Assembly (NCBI GenBank): GCA_003537575.1
Contig: DPRS01000016.1
Span: 1,898-65,897 of the forward strand
Direction of reading: 5' to 3'
DNA length: 64,000 bases
Source: Oxalobacteraceae bacterium
GTDB taxonomy: Bacteria; Pseudomonadota; Gammaproteobacteria; Burkholderiales; Burkholderiaceae_D
In this document: one piece after another, positions 37,066 to 47,292 of the stretch
How the letters are laid out: the number at the start of each line of letters is the position of its first letter
Numbering within the stretch: position 1 is the first letter of the stretch
The notes under the pieces: generated by a model
Seen by the model: only the letters and a program-made list of their open reading frames with translations
The model's database searches: none
What the model was told of the DNA's origin: nothing
Program-made: the position numbers and the translations under genes

Positions 37066-40000
37066 TTAAGCAAAAAAGTGGTCTCGACTCAAACTTAGAC
37101 TTTTCTTCGATTCAATTGGCTCAAAAACCAATTCTGGCAGCACCACCTCCCACTGATCGCAGCGAAGCCTAGACAGATATTCCGGCTCGGTATCTTTACT
37201 GCGCCATCTGATAATTGCGTGCACACTCGCAGAGGCGCAGTGTATGCCGGCCGGCAGTGCAAAGGCGCGGGATAAGCGACCAACCGTGCTGCCATTGCGG
37301 TCGGTGAGCTCCCACCGGTCATTCATTCGCCGAATACTCAGCGGATCGCCAACGGTCAGGGAAGCAATGGCATGATGAGCCGGGTGGGTGTCGGAGTGTC
37401 TTCCGGCAAATCCCAGATCGACCTCGCTTGGCGCCAGGCGCCTGTAGTTGCGGCGCAACTCGGCCGGAATTGCTCCGGCATCGATTGCCGCGCGCCGCTG
37501 CACGCAAGGCGCGTCAGCCAGGCTGTCGAGTAGCGCATGCCGCTCGTGCATCTGTATCAGTGCCAGGGTTTTGCGCGCCCGCGTCATTGCGACGTAAAAC
37601 AGCCGCCGTGGCGCATCCGCGTCCTCATTGTGACCAGTGCGATTCCAGTTGCCATCCAATACAGCCACATGGTCGAATTCGAGACCCTTGGCACGGTGGG
37701 CCGTCAATAGCAGCAAGCCGGTCTGCCGCCGCCGTACTTCGCGACCCCATTCCGCCAGCCATTCGACGAAATGATCAACCGGCAATTCGGCACCCGCAGT
37801 CTCTCCGGCATATTCAAGCACCGCCTCTTGCAGCAATGGCCACCATGAGCCGGGCGGCTGTCCTTGCAGCCATTCCTGGATGGTTGCCGTATCGATTAGT
37901 TTCGCATCGCGTTCCCGCAGCCAGGCAATCAACTTCTGCGTTTCACGCAGGCGCCAGAATTGCGTCATTTCCTCGTCGGCCATCTGCACTGGAATGCCAT
38001 GTAATTCGCAATAGCTGCGCACCGGCTCCAGCGATTTCCACTCCCGCGCAATCACGGCAGCCTTGCTCCAGTCCCACTCGGGGGAGAGGGCGGCCAGGCG
38101 GCGCAGTTCAAGCATGGCGACCACAGCTTGCGACAAGAGATCCCCACCGCCAGGCAGTATCTGCACGCGCCCCTCGCCGACCGGATCGATCTTGCTCCAG
38201 TCGCCGCCGCCGTCCAGCTTGCTGCGCCCCCGATCGATGACGACCGGGTGCTCGGCTTTCATGCGCAGCTTTGACGCAGCGATCACGCGGTTGGCTGCAT
38301 CAATGATGTGGCCGGTGGAGCGGTAGTTTTCCAGCAAGTAGACCGGCTTGGCGGCATAATCGGCTTCAAAGCGCCGGATGAATTCAACGGAGGCGCCATC
38401 GAAGGCATAGATGTTCTGGTCATCGTCGCCCACCGCAAACAGAGAAAGCTTGCCATCCTCATCCGAGAGGGTGCGGCCCGCCAGCGCCGAAATCAATTCA
38501 TACTGGTCTGGGCCGATATCCTGATATTCATCGACCAGGATCCAGCGAAAACCCGCGAGGAGCCTGTCCCGTTGCTCATCCGCTTCGTCCGGCGCCAGGC
38601 CGTCACCCTTGAGCAAAGCGATGGCGTCGCGCATGACTGCGTTAAAGGCATCCTTGTCCTTGACCGCCTGTTTGCGGAAACTCGTTCCAGTCAGTCGCAT
38701 GGCAAAGGCGTGGCAAGTCAACACCACCACGCCCTTGGCGTCGTCGCCGATCAATGCGGCCAGGCGTTCTCGGATTTGCACTGCCGCATGCCGGTTATAC
38801 GCCAGGGCGAGGATGCCGCGCGGATTTTCTCGCTTGACGCGAATCAGATACGCGATCCGATGCACCAGCACCCGCGTCTTTCCCGAGCCGGGGCCAGCGA
38901 GCACCAGCACATTGGTTTGTTCCCGGTCATCCGCGACAATTTTCTGTTGCACGGGATTATTCAGACTGTCGACAATCGCGGTCCAGGAAGCCGGCGTAGT
39001 TTGACGTTCCAGCTCCTTTTGTCGCTTCGGCAACCAGCGCTGCAGGAATGCCTCGCGGTTGAGCTGAAAATAGTCCATCGCCAGGCGCAAGGCATCGGCC
39101 ATCGCCTCCAGCCCGCGCAGGACGTATTCGGCCATGACGTGAATCTGCACGACCTGTTCTTGGTAATGCAGCTGCAGCGGAGCAAAATCCGCTTTGACGA
39201 AGTTGCGCCGCTCCGTGCCAAGACGGATCATCATCGCCGGACGAAATACCGCCAACCCCTTGTTGAGGCGAATGACTTCCTGCTCGTGCAGCCAGAGCAG
39301 GGCCCGGTCGAGCAGCTTGGCCGTATCCTTAACATCGGCCACGAGTAAAGCATCACTGGAAATGGCCGCATGCAGCTTGCCCAGCGTAGTCTCAGCGAGC
39401 AAGTCGGTGCCGCGGGTACCTTGCGGCAGCGTGGCGAGAAGATGGTCCAGCGCCAGCTTGGCCGCGCCATGCCGCAACTGGACAGTTTTGGATAGCGCCG
39501 ACCATTCCCGCTGCAAGGTGATCTGGAGACTCTCCGCGTCGAGGCGGCGTACGCGCAGGCTGCCCATGCCCCCATCCTCGCTGCGGCCGTCCATGGCGAT
39601 GCTGTTCACCAGCCGTGAAATTTTCTCGGGCAACGCGTGGGCATGGCCGGCGTCTTTCAGATGCTGTGTCGTATGCCGCAACTGCAGAAGGGATGCATCG
39701 CCCTTGTGCAGGTCGGGTGCCGCCTCGCGCAGGGCGTCAATCAGTGCAAGCTCCAGACTGATCGCTTCTTCCAGGCGCTTTTGCGAAGAACGGCTGACGC
39801 CGGCATGCACGAAGGCCGTCAGTGACGTGTCATTGCTGGCGATGCCCAATCGCTCAAGCTCGTACAACGCTGCCCGCACGCCATCGGCGGAGAGGCCGGA
39901 CACGCCCATCAATTCATCGGTCGATATGCCTTCATCCGGATCGGCCGAGATCAGTGCCTGGATGATGGCAAGGAGCTGCCGGCGATAGTCCTCAAATAAC

Positions 40001-42303
40001 TGAATCGCGGACAGCTTCTTTACCGCTTCCTCGATCGAGCTAATCCTAAGCGACGAAGGGAAGACCTGCACGTGGTTCTCTTCGCGGGATAGAAGCGAGG
40101 CTTCTTCGAGCCAGGAAATCGCCGTGCGAACCCGTGTGTCGTCGGTGGCGGAGTCGCGTTCGAATACGCCTTCGGCATCCTCGGCCAGAATCTCGCCGGA
40201 TGTCGCGATCACTTCGCCGGCGGAAGTTTTCTTGCGCTCCAGCGAGCGCAGCGACTTGAGGATGGATTGAATTTCCCGCTGGGTCAATCGTGACATGGCG
40301 GACATGTTGAACTGCCGTTCGACGTCTTCGGCCGTATAGAGCAAAACACAACGCGCATGGGCACGGTCACGGCCGGCGCGGCCCGCCTCTTGCAAATAAT
40401 TTTCCAGGGAGCCGGGAATGTCGGCATGAATGACCAGGCGCACATCGGGCTTGTCGATGCCCATGCCGAACGCGTTCGTGGCGGCGATGACTTGCAGTTC
40501 GCCAGCGATGAAACGCTGCTGGACACTCTTTTTCGTTTCTGGCGGCAAGTGCGCATGGAAATGCGCGGCCGAGATGCCTTTCTCCTGGAGGAATTGCGCG
40601 ATTTCTTCCGTCTGCTTGCGTGTGGCGCAGTACACGATCGCGCCGCCCTGGGCGCCGGCCGGAAGATCTGCCTGGAGAAGTTGATGGACGTGGGCGAATT
40701 TCTCCGCGGGTGTCGTGGGTACCACGGAAAACTCGAGGTTGTCACGGCTGGCGCCGCCGTCGAAGACGGTCAATTCAATCCCGACCTTGTCCCGGAAGTG
40801 CCCCAGCATGTCGGCCACGACTTCCGGCTTGGCGGTCGCCGTCAGGCACAGGACAGGCGGTATTGGCCCATTGCAGGCTTTTTCCCTGATGAAGCGTCCC
40901 ACGTACCGATAATCGGGACGGAAATCGTGTCCCCATTTGGATATGCAGTGCGCTTCATCCAGCACCCACATGCCGATCTCGCGTTGCTCCAGCACCTTGC
41001 GCACGGAGCGATTGCGCAACTGCTCGGGTGAGAGAATCACGATGCCGATGTCACCCAGGCGAACCCGGTCTAGCACGTCGGCACGTTCCGGCAATGACAA
41101 CAGGCCGTTGATAGCGGCACAGGAGGTAATCCCGCGCGCCTCAAGCCCGGCAACCTGGTCGGCCATCAGCGCCACGAGCGGGGAAATGACGATGGTGAGC
41201 GCGCCGGTCTTGTCGTAGCGTGACAGGGCGGGGATTTGATAGCACAGCGACTTTCCAGTGCCCGTGGGAAGAATTCCCAGCACGTGCTTTCCGGCCATCG
41301 AGGCTTCCACGATGACTTGCTGGAGGGGGTGTCCGTTGGCATCGGCTGGTTGTGGCCGAAAATCGGTAAAGCCGAACCAGCGCGCCAATTCCTTGCGCGC
41401 ATCGTGCCGTTCCGTGCACCAGTCGCACGTGGGGTCGTTACAGCGCGTGTCGCGCAGCCGCCGGATGATTGCGCCAGTTTCGGGAAACTGGTGGCGTACC
41501 CAGGGCGGCATGACGGAGTTGCCGCCCGAGACAGATAGCCACGCCAGGGCGTAGGCCAAGGCCCAGCCGTGCCGGCGTGCGTCGGTGAGGATGTCGTAGG
41601 CTTGCACCACACATGCCTGGCCGTCGAGACGTTGTGCGATCGCGCTTAAGGCCTCTTCCTCCGTCGGGCGGGGACGCCTGCGAATGGTCACAAAAAAAGC
41701 GTTCAGGCCAGACGTGCTGCTATCGGCCGTGGTCAGCCAATGCCAGGCGGTTAATAAATCTGGCGCTGTTTCCCGCATTTCCTGAAATGCGACCAGCTGG
41801 TCGCGGAAGACATCCAGCGTCAGGCGGGCATCCAGTTCCGGGTCATTTAATTGGCCGCGTTGGAGTTTGCCGTCCTGGTAATGCTTGACCAGGTGATGGT
41901 AGGGGTTTCGCGGGAATGCCAGGGGATTCAAACACAGCGTGTCGACCGCCGGCAGTTGGAGCAGGCGCATGTCCGGCTTCGCCACCGCCAGATGGGGCAG
42001 GTCGAAAGCGATCAGATTGTGACCAAGCAGAAAAGAGACGGCTTCGGCGAACGCCTCCAGTTCGTCCAGAGCCTTGTCGAGATTTCCTGTCCGGTACACA
42101 TAGGCGGCATTGGTGTCGCCACGGACGGCGGCGAAGCGATGGATCTTGTGGTCTTGTTTGCCGACTTCCAGGTCAATCGACACACATCGTGGCGCCATGG
42201 TGGTCGAATGAGCACTCGCTGTTGCCGGGGCGGGGACAGATGAGTCTGGCTCGGTCACGCTGAGTCCAGGTGAAAAATTGTTTGCATTCTCATCAGTACT
42301 CAT
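37066..42303 (-). CDS. 1745-aa fusion: DEDD 3'-5' exonuclease + RecQ-type SF2 helicase + UvrD/Rep-type SF1 helicase + small C-terminal domain
   Basis: Exonuclease motifs are SIDLEV and LLGHNLIAFDLPHL. RecQ motifs are LPTGTGKSLCYQIPAL, VLDEAHCISKWGHDFRPDY, ATNAFGMGIDKPDVR and QEAGRAGRD. UvrD motifs are LAGPGSGKTRVLVHRIAYL, ILVDEYQDI, ENYRSTGHI, TAHRAKGLEFD and YVAMTRARK. Confidence 0.85.
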   Translation of the reverse strand: MSTDENANNFSPGLSVTEPDSSVPAPATASAHSTTMAPRCVSIDLEVGKQDHKIHRFAAVRGDTNAAYVYRTGNLDKALDELEAFAEAVSFLLGHNLIAFDLPHLAVAKPDMRLLQLPAVDTLCLNPLAFPRNPYHHLVKHYQDGKLQRGQLNDPELDARLTLDVFRDQLVAFQEMRETAPDLLTAWHWLTTADSSTSGLNAFFVTIRRRPRPTEEEALSAIAQRLDGQACVVQAYDILTDARRHGWALAYALAWLSVSGGNSVMPPWVRHQFPETGAIIRRLRDTRCNDPTCDWCTERHDARKELARWFGFTDFRPQPADANGHPLQQVIVEASMAGKHVLGILPTGTGKSLCYQIPALSRYDKTGALTIVISPLVALMADQVAGLEARGITSCAAINGLLSLPERADVLDRVRLGDIGIVILSPEQLRNRSVRKVLEQREIGMWVLDEAHCISKWGHDFRPDYRYVGRFIREKACNGPIPPVLCLTATAKPEVVADMLGHFRDKVGIELTVFDGGASRDNLEFSVVPTTPAEKFAHVHQLLQADLPAGAQGGAIVYCATRKQTEEIAQFLQEKGISAAHFHAHLPPETKKSVQQRFIAGELQVIAATNAFGMGIDKPDVRLVIHADIPGSLENYLQEAGRAGRDRAHARCVLLYTAEDVERQFNMSAMSRLTQREIQSILKSLRSLERKKTSAGEVIATSGEILAEDAEGVFERDSATDDTRVRTAISWLEEASLLSREENHVQVFPSSLRISSIEEAVKKLSAIQLFEDYRRQLLAIIQALISADPDEGISTDELMGVSGLSADGVRAALYELERLGIASNDTSLTAFVHAGVSRSSQKRLEEAISLELALIDALREAAPDLHKGDASLLQLRHTTQHLKDAGHAHALPEKISRLVNSIAMDGRSEDGGMGSLRVRRLDAESLQITLQREWSALSKTVQLRHGAAKLALDHLLATLPQGTRGTDLLAETTLGKLHAAISSDALLVADVKDTAKLLDRALLWLHEQEVIRLNKGLAVFRPAMMIRLGTERRNFVKADFAPLQLHYQEQVVQIHVMAEYVLRGLEAMADALRLAMDYFQLNREAFLQRWLPKRQKELERQTTPASWTAIVDSLNNPVQQKIVADDREQTNVLVLAGPGSGKTRVLVHRIAYLIRVKRENPRGILALAYNRHAAVQIRERLAALIGDDAKGVVVLTCHAFAMRLTGTSFRKQAVKDKDAFNAVMRDAIALLKGDGLAPDEADEQRDRLLAGFRWILVDEYQDIGPDQYELISALAGRTLSDEDGKLSLFAVGDDDQNIYAFDGASVEFIRRFEADYAAKPVYLLENYRSTGHIIDAANRVIAASKLRMKAEHPVVIDRGRSKLDGGGDWSKIDPVGEGRVQILPGGGDLLSQAVVAMLELRRLAALSPEWDWSKAAVIAREWKSLEPVRSYCELHGIPVQMADEEMTQFWRLRETQKLIAWLRERDAKLIDTATIQEWLQGQPPGSWWPLLQEAVLEYAGETAGAELPVDHFVEWLAEWGREVRRRQTGLLLLTAHRAKGLEFDHVAVLDGNWNRTGHNEDADAPRRLFYVAMTRARKTLALIQMHERHALLDSLADAPCVQRRAAIDAGAIPAELRRNYRRLAPSEVDLGFAGRHSDTHPAHHAIASLTVGDPLSIRRMNDRWELTDRNGSTVGRLSRAFALPAGIHCASASVHAIIRWRSKDTEPEYLSRLRCDQWEVVLPELVFEPIESKKSLSLSRDHFFA

Positions 42304-42646
42304 AATTTTCTTGAAAGAGGTCGACTAGCTGGTGACAAGACTACCCGCTCGGCCCGGACAAGTACGGCAACCGTTAATGAAACAATTGGTATTTTACTTG
42401 CTAATTAGTAACAAAACATATCTCTTTTGAAACACGGTATTGGTGTTTCGTGAGTGCATGAAGGTTTTCTGCAGTTTGGCTTCCTGAACGGGCGGGGCGC
42501 CAGTATTTAAAAATGGACGAATCAGGCGGGTGTATTAACGTCGATCCTTGTGTCCGTGTCGTTCGGCAATATTCATCGTTTGTTGAGTCTTGACAGTGCT
42601 GCCACCCATAGCAAGCTGCTTCCATCGATTCATGGGAGCTTCTATC

Positions 42647-43165
42647 ATGCCTCACCTGCAAACCTTGCGCGGGCAGATCGTCGACCTGCGCCGCCATGCC
42701 AACGTCCATCTCTACTGGCGCGGCCGGTACGGTCCTGCCGAGAGGTACGAGTTGTGGATGCGCGATCCGGAAGGATATGAGCACCAGTGCGTCCTGTATA
42801 CCCGGACCATGCCGGCGCGGCTCGGGCATGAAGTTACCCTTGTCGCAGATGCCATCGCGGTGCGCGGCATCGTCAACTGGTCGACGGGCGTGCGCGTGAA
42901 CTATATGAGAGTCGATCCGCCGCCGCTGATGCACTTGCGCGATCTGTGGGTATCGGTGGCGCTGCTGACTTCACTTGCGGCCTGGCTGGGTGACCTCGGG
43001 ATGGCGCTGTTCCTGCCAGCCGTGCTGCTGTATTTTCTGCTCGCGGTGATGCGCCGTTACGTCGTTCGCCGGTGGCAGGCGGCGACGATCGATCGCGCCT
43101 TGCGCGACGTGCAGGGTCGAGATAGCTGCGACCGAGACATCCGCCGACACAACAAGCGCGGCTAA
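42647..43165 (+). CDS. hypothetical protein with two C-terminal TM helices
   Basis: The ATG follows GGGAG. It has a soluble N-terminal ~95 aa followed by LWVSVALLTSLAAWLG and MALFLPAVLLYFLLAV. No family was recognised. Confidence 0.5.
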   Translation: MPHLQTLRGQIVDLRRHANVHLYWRGRYGPAERYELWMRDPEGYEHQCVLYTRTMPARLGHEVTLVADAIAVRGIVNWSTGVRVNYMRVDPPPLMHLRDLWVSVALLTSLAAWLGDLGMALFLPAVLLYFLLAVMRRYVVRRWQAATIDRALRDVQGRDSCDRDIRRHNKRG

Positions 43166-43253
43166 GGGAGCCGCTCCGACATCGTCCGCACCACGATGAC
43201 GTGCGCGGCCGGAAGGCGGAGCCGGGAAGGTCGCCGGAATCGCACCTCAAAAA

Positions 43254-43376
43254 TGTCTGAATGGTGGCCAACGCGAAGTCTAAAAACACACGGCGGCCCG
43301 CTCTGCCGCGCCAGGACTTGACGTACCTGGCCAAAGCCTTACCTCTGGTTCTACGGGGTACAGGGCAGGGCAGAAG
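43254..43376 (+). repeat. copy 1 of a diverged 123-nt element
   Basis: The left block TGTCTGAATGGTGGCCAACGCGAAGTCT and right block CCTCTGGTTCTACGGGGTACAGGGCAGGGC have starts 88 nt apart. This pairs with the copy at 46268. Confidence 0.6.
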
Positions 43377-43725
43377 TATTTGCATACAAGTCGGGTCGCA
43401 GTCCAACTAGAGTGGGAGTCAGTAGGAGATTCCTTGGCTGGTTATGGCGTCGCTGAGACTGCAGTCGTACTCCAGTCCGATTCGAGTCGTACCTTGCATG
43501 CGAATGAGGCCGGTTGCGTGCTTCAGGGATGGTGCATGGTCGTGATTCGGTGCCGCCTGATGGCAATTGACATGACTTGTGGGAAACGGGAAAAGCTCCC
43601 GCATCAAGTGTCATGAATAGGTGCGTCAGAAATGCCGTTTCCATCGCGAGAAGCAGACTTGACCGAGCGGGTTTCTGCGAGATGCTGGTGAGGTGATAAC
43701 GCTCGCCTTGCACAGGAGTCTCAGC

Positions 43726-44064
43726 ATGAAACACGCCACGACTTGTTTGGAAAATGTCGATGGTATCTGCCTGCCGGATGAGCGAGCCGGCGTGGATGCT
43801 TGCCTGGGATACGAGGACTCATCGGTATCTGACAGTGCGGTATTGACAGCCAATGCGGCACAGGTGCGAAACGCTGTCGCCATGCTTGGGATCGACCCGG
43901 CGAAGTTTGAACGCTATGCCGTGCGGCGCTGGGGAAGGAAATGGCATTTGCAAACCGATGGCTGGCGCCAGGCGCTGGACGAGATGGAACGCTATCGTAA
44001 CGATCCCGAAGGCCTCATCGACAAGATCGATACGTATCTGCGCCTCGAAGGCAGGACTTTCTGA
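43726..44064 (+). CDS. hypothetical protein (112 aa)
   Basis: The ATG follows AGGAG and the composition looks coding. No motif was recognised. Confidence 0.5.
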   Translation: MKHATTCLENVDGICLPDERAGVDACLGYEDSSVSDSAVLTANAAQVRNAVAMLGIDPAKFERYAVRRWGRKWHLQTDGWRQALDEMERYRNDPEGLIDKIDTYLRLEGRTF

Positions 44065-44087
44065 ATATGTGCAGGGAGGATGAGACG

Positions 44088-44306
44088 ATGCTCCGTCTGG
44101 GAATCTATGTTCGCTTGACATCCGGCGAGATTGCGCGTTTCGAACGCATCACCGGCTTTGCACCCAATGATGTGAAAACCCTCGCTGACTTCGACGCGTA
44201 CGTTGCGCAATGCAAGCGCCATTACTGGGGGCATAGCAGGGACACGCGGTTCCTGCACTGGCTGATCGACCGCGAATACGCCCGCTGCTGCGGGAGTGAT
44301 GGATGA
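44088..44306 (+). CDS. hypothetical protein (72 aa)
   Basis: The ATG follows GGGAGGA, 23 nt after the upstream stop. No motif was recognised. Confidence 0.45.
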   Translation: MLRLGIYVRLTSGEIARFERITGFAPNDVKTLADFDAYVAQCKRHYWGHSRDTRFLHWLIDREYARCCGSDG

Positions 44307-44404
44307 CCACCGTGCAACAGCCCAGTGAATGGTTCTCTGCGTCACACGTCGCCAGACGCAGGCGCCCAGCGCGCTGGTACAAAACGCATGACTGGCGCAG
44401 GTGA

Positions 44405-45478
44405 TCAGGTGATGCTGTCTGTGCCGGGGAGATTGTCTTTTTTCGGCACCGACTTTGCACCCAGGTAAGCCTGGCTGATCGCCGTCCTGTTGTGGCCTAG
44501 CTGCTGGGAAACGATAAACAGCGCGCGGTCCAGTAGCTCGGGATCCTGCAGTGGATCGCCGCCGCGCACCGGGCATGCCACTTTGGTCAGGTCAAAATAC
44601 TTGTCGCCGGCAAACTGGTGGCGCAGGCCATGCCCGGTGATGCCTAGTTCTTTCTTTGATATGCCGGCCTGGCGCACCACGTTCTTGTAGCGGTCCAGCG
44701 ATTGCAGCAGCGTCTTGCCGGGATGGCCCAGATATGAGTTCGGATAAGGCGCATAGCGCCTGGCGCGCTCGATGACGTCGCGCTGCGCATCGGACACCAG
44801 CGGGATCAGGCGCAAGCGCCCGCCCTTGGTGCCGCGCTCGATCGACAGGCAGGCGATGTACTCTTCTGCGGCCGGGCCGTCGACCGGCACCAGCCCGGCC
44901 GGCACCACCGCCCGGTGCGGCTGGAACATCACCGCTTCCTTGCGGCGCAGGCCGGTGCGCCATACCAGCTCCAGCATGATCGCCACCCGCTCGTCGATGC
45001 GCGCCACGCGCGCGAGCAGCTGCGGGATTTCGATGTCCTGCGAGGTCCAGCTCTTGTCGTGCTGGGCGACATAGGCGCGCGCAAACAGCGCGGGATCGAT
45101 CCCATAGGCCTTGGGCGGCAAGATCAGGCCGGGCTTGCCGATCCACTGCGCGTACGTGTTCAGCGTGCTGGCCAGGAATTGCAGGTAGGCCGCGCTATGG
45201 GGCTTGGCCAGCATCGGCACGGCATGTTGCGTGCACAGCTTTGCGATGCGGGGATCGCACGTCCAGTACCAGAGCAGGTGCCTGACATGGTTGCCGCCGA
45301 GATTGTGCGGATCGAGCTGGAATTTGAGTGCGCGCAATAGCTTGAACGTCACGAAGAGAGCACCCGCGCGCGCGGCCTGCGTGCGGTGCGATACACCCTT
45401 GGGGCGTTTCGCGTGGCGGTGGTTGTGCAGGTCGATGATCGCCTGTAGCCTGGCCTTCCAGTCCGAATTGTTGCTCAT
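44405..45478 (-). CDS. tyrosine recombinase/integrase-domain protein
   Basis: The catalytic set is visible: TGLRRKEA (Arg), GHGLRHQF (His-x-x-Arg) and LGHNRTAISQAYLG (His...Tyr). Confidence 0.8.
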   Translation of the reverse strand: MSNNSDWKARLQAIIDLHNHRHAKRPKGVSHRTQAARAGALFVTFKLLRALKFQLDPHNLGGNHVRHLLWYWTCDPRIAKLCTQHAVPMLAKPHSAAYLQFLASTLNTYAQWIGKPGLILPPKAYGIDPALFARAYVAQHDKSWTSQDIEIPQLLARVARIDERVAIMLELVWRTGLRRKEAVMFQPHRAVVPAGLVPVDGPAAEEYIACLSIERGTKGGRLRLIPLVSDAQRDVIERARRYAPYPNSYLGHPGKTLLQSLDRYKNVVRQAGISKKELGITGHGLRHQFAGDKYFDLTKVACPVRGGDPLQDPELLDRALFIVSQQLGHNRTAISQAYLGAKSVPKKDNLPGTDSIT

Positions 45479-46267
45479 TGCTCCCTCTCAAGCGGCTGCC
45501 GCAAACTGGCGGTGCGACGTTAAATCGATCAGGCAAGTCACGCACGGCAGCCGCAGACCGTTTGCGGCTGCCATGCGGGGCCAGAATGTCATTTCAGCGG
45601 CCGGCCCGGTTGCCGCTGAAAAGTGGATGGAATGAGTCTTCAAAATATGCGTGCGAGAATGCAGCCGGATTTCGCCGACGTGCATCTCCCCGCCAGGAGG
45701 GCGGGCGCAGCAAGCACGAATGCGCCGCTGCGACAACCGGGCGCAGGCCCAGGTACAGCAAGACATGGATGTCATATGGCCTCCTTTCCGAAAGCATCCA
45801 TCGGCCCCATGAGCGGGCCGCCGATCGGGTGAGTGCAGGGGACGGCGCGCGCCACCTCAGGGGCGACGCAACGCCGGACACGCAGGGCCGAATTCCTGCG
45901 AAAGCGCACTCGAAAGAAAAGGCAGAGAAAAGCTATTGCATCGATCCGGTCGATGTGGGGTGGGTCAAGCCCGTTTGATGAAGCAACCTGCTACAGGCGA
46001 GAGGCGGGCGCAATGCCCGCTTGTCGCCGAATGAAACACTAAAGCCACATGAGGTGGCTGACGGCAATTGATGCCGAACTTCAGGGCAGTTAACGTCTGC
46101 GTCCGCCGCGATTCGAGCGCGATGCTCAGGATGCGGAGTCCGGGAAAATCGGTCATCACGGAGCTGCGCCTATGCGCATGTCGCTGATGGCATGAACAGT
46201 TTGGCAAATGCGGTGGCAGTTATCAAGTTATTGTGTTTGATGGCGCGCAGGGAATGCGTATGCAAAT

Positions 46268-46389
46268 TGTCTGAATGGAGGCTGGCGTGAAGTCTGGCGG
46301 CGGTACGAATGGCGGCACGCCGCGTCTGGCATGGGCAAGCCGATCGGAAGGCTTGCCTCTGGTTCTATGGTGTGCAGGGCACGGCGAAG
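46268..46389 (+). repeat. copy 2 of the diverged 123-nt element
   Basis: TGTCTGAATGGAGGCTGGCGTGAAGTCT (23/28 identical to copy 1) and CCTCTGGTTCTATGGTGTGCAGGGCACGGC (26/30) keep the same 88-nt offset. An internal GCCGCG sits at the same position in both copies. Confidence 0.6.
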
Positions 46390-47292
46390 AAAAATCAACG
46401 CATGACGCCATGAGGGCGTTCTACATCATTTCTGCACATGCACCGGCAGAGCCGCATGGCCTGGTTGGTGTCGCCTACCAGTCACCGAAAACTTGCGGGT
46501 AACAAGGGCAGCCTGCGCGTGCACCGGCAATGGCCTTGCGTGCGCCTGCCAGGCGGTCGAATCAACGCCAGCAACAAGTGCCGCCGAAACGGAGCAATTT
46601 CGCGATCATCGTTCGAAGGTGGCTTGTGAATACTGATCGGATGTGACAAGCTTTTACTGGACGAATAGCGGGATTGGCATCAATGGAAAAACAATCCGAT
46701 TGCCGCGATGTTGCGCGATTCGCCTGCTGTACCGGAAGCTGGCACCCGTCCGCATTGTGCGGTAAAGCAAGCCCTTACGTAACCGAGCGCCGCTCACGAA
46801 TCACTTTTGACCGGCATGCGTTTTCCCATAAGGGGAAACGTGCAATGCAAGGATCTTACGTCCTGTGCTGCATGGACAGGCTGATACGCCGCTTGCGTGT
46901 CTGACATACGGCATGCATCTCAATCTAAGGCAGTGACATCAGCATGTCGCTCCCCAGGAGCACGGTGGTCGCTGCCTGAATTTCTCTTCCAACTTCGATT
47001 GCCGTTTAAATTTGATGCGCTTGTCCATCGTGTAGACAGAGTGCGCGCACATGTGACGAGCAAGCAGCGGATGCGACCCGACTAAGTTCGGCAAACCAGC
47101 CACGAAGCAGCGCTTTGTGCGCCTTCTGCAGCCACCATTGCAATTCCATTTTGTGCCGTCACGAAGCGGCCTTTTCCCCGGACGCCAGGGCGTGGCATTT
47201 GTGCGCCGCGCAGTCGCGCTTGATTTTGTGGTGCCTTGATTTTGCAAATTGTTGATGCATTCTTGAACTGAATGAATAGAAAGGAGATCAAT

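Noticed and set aside
38308-39348. 346-aa + strand ORF, and other + ORFs, inside the giant helicase gene
   Set aside because: These are antisense shadows. The minus frame carries contiguous RecQ and UvrD motifs.
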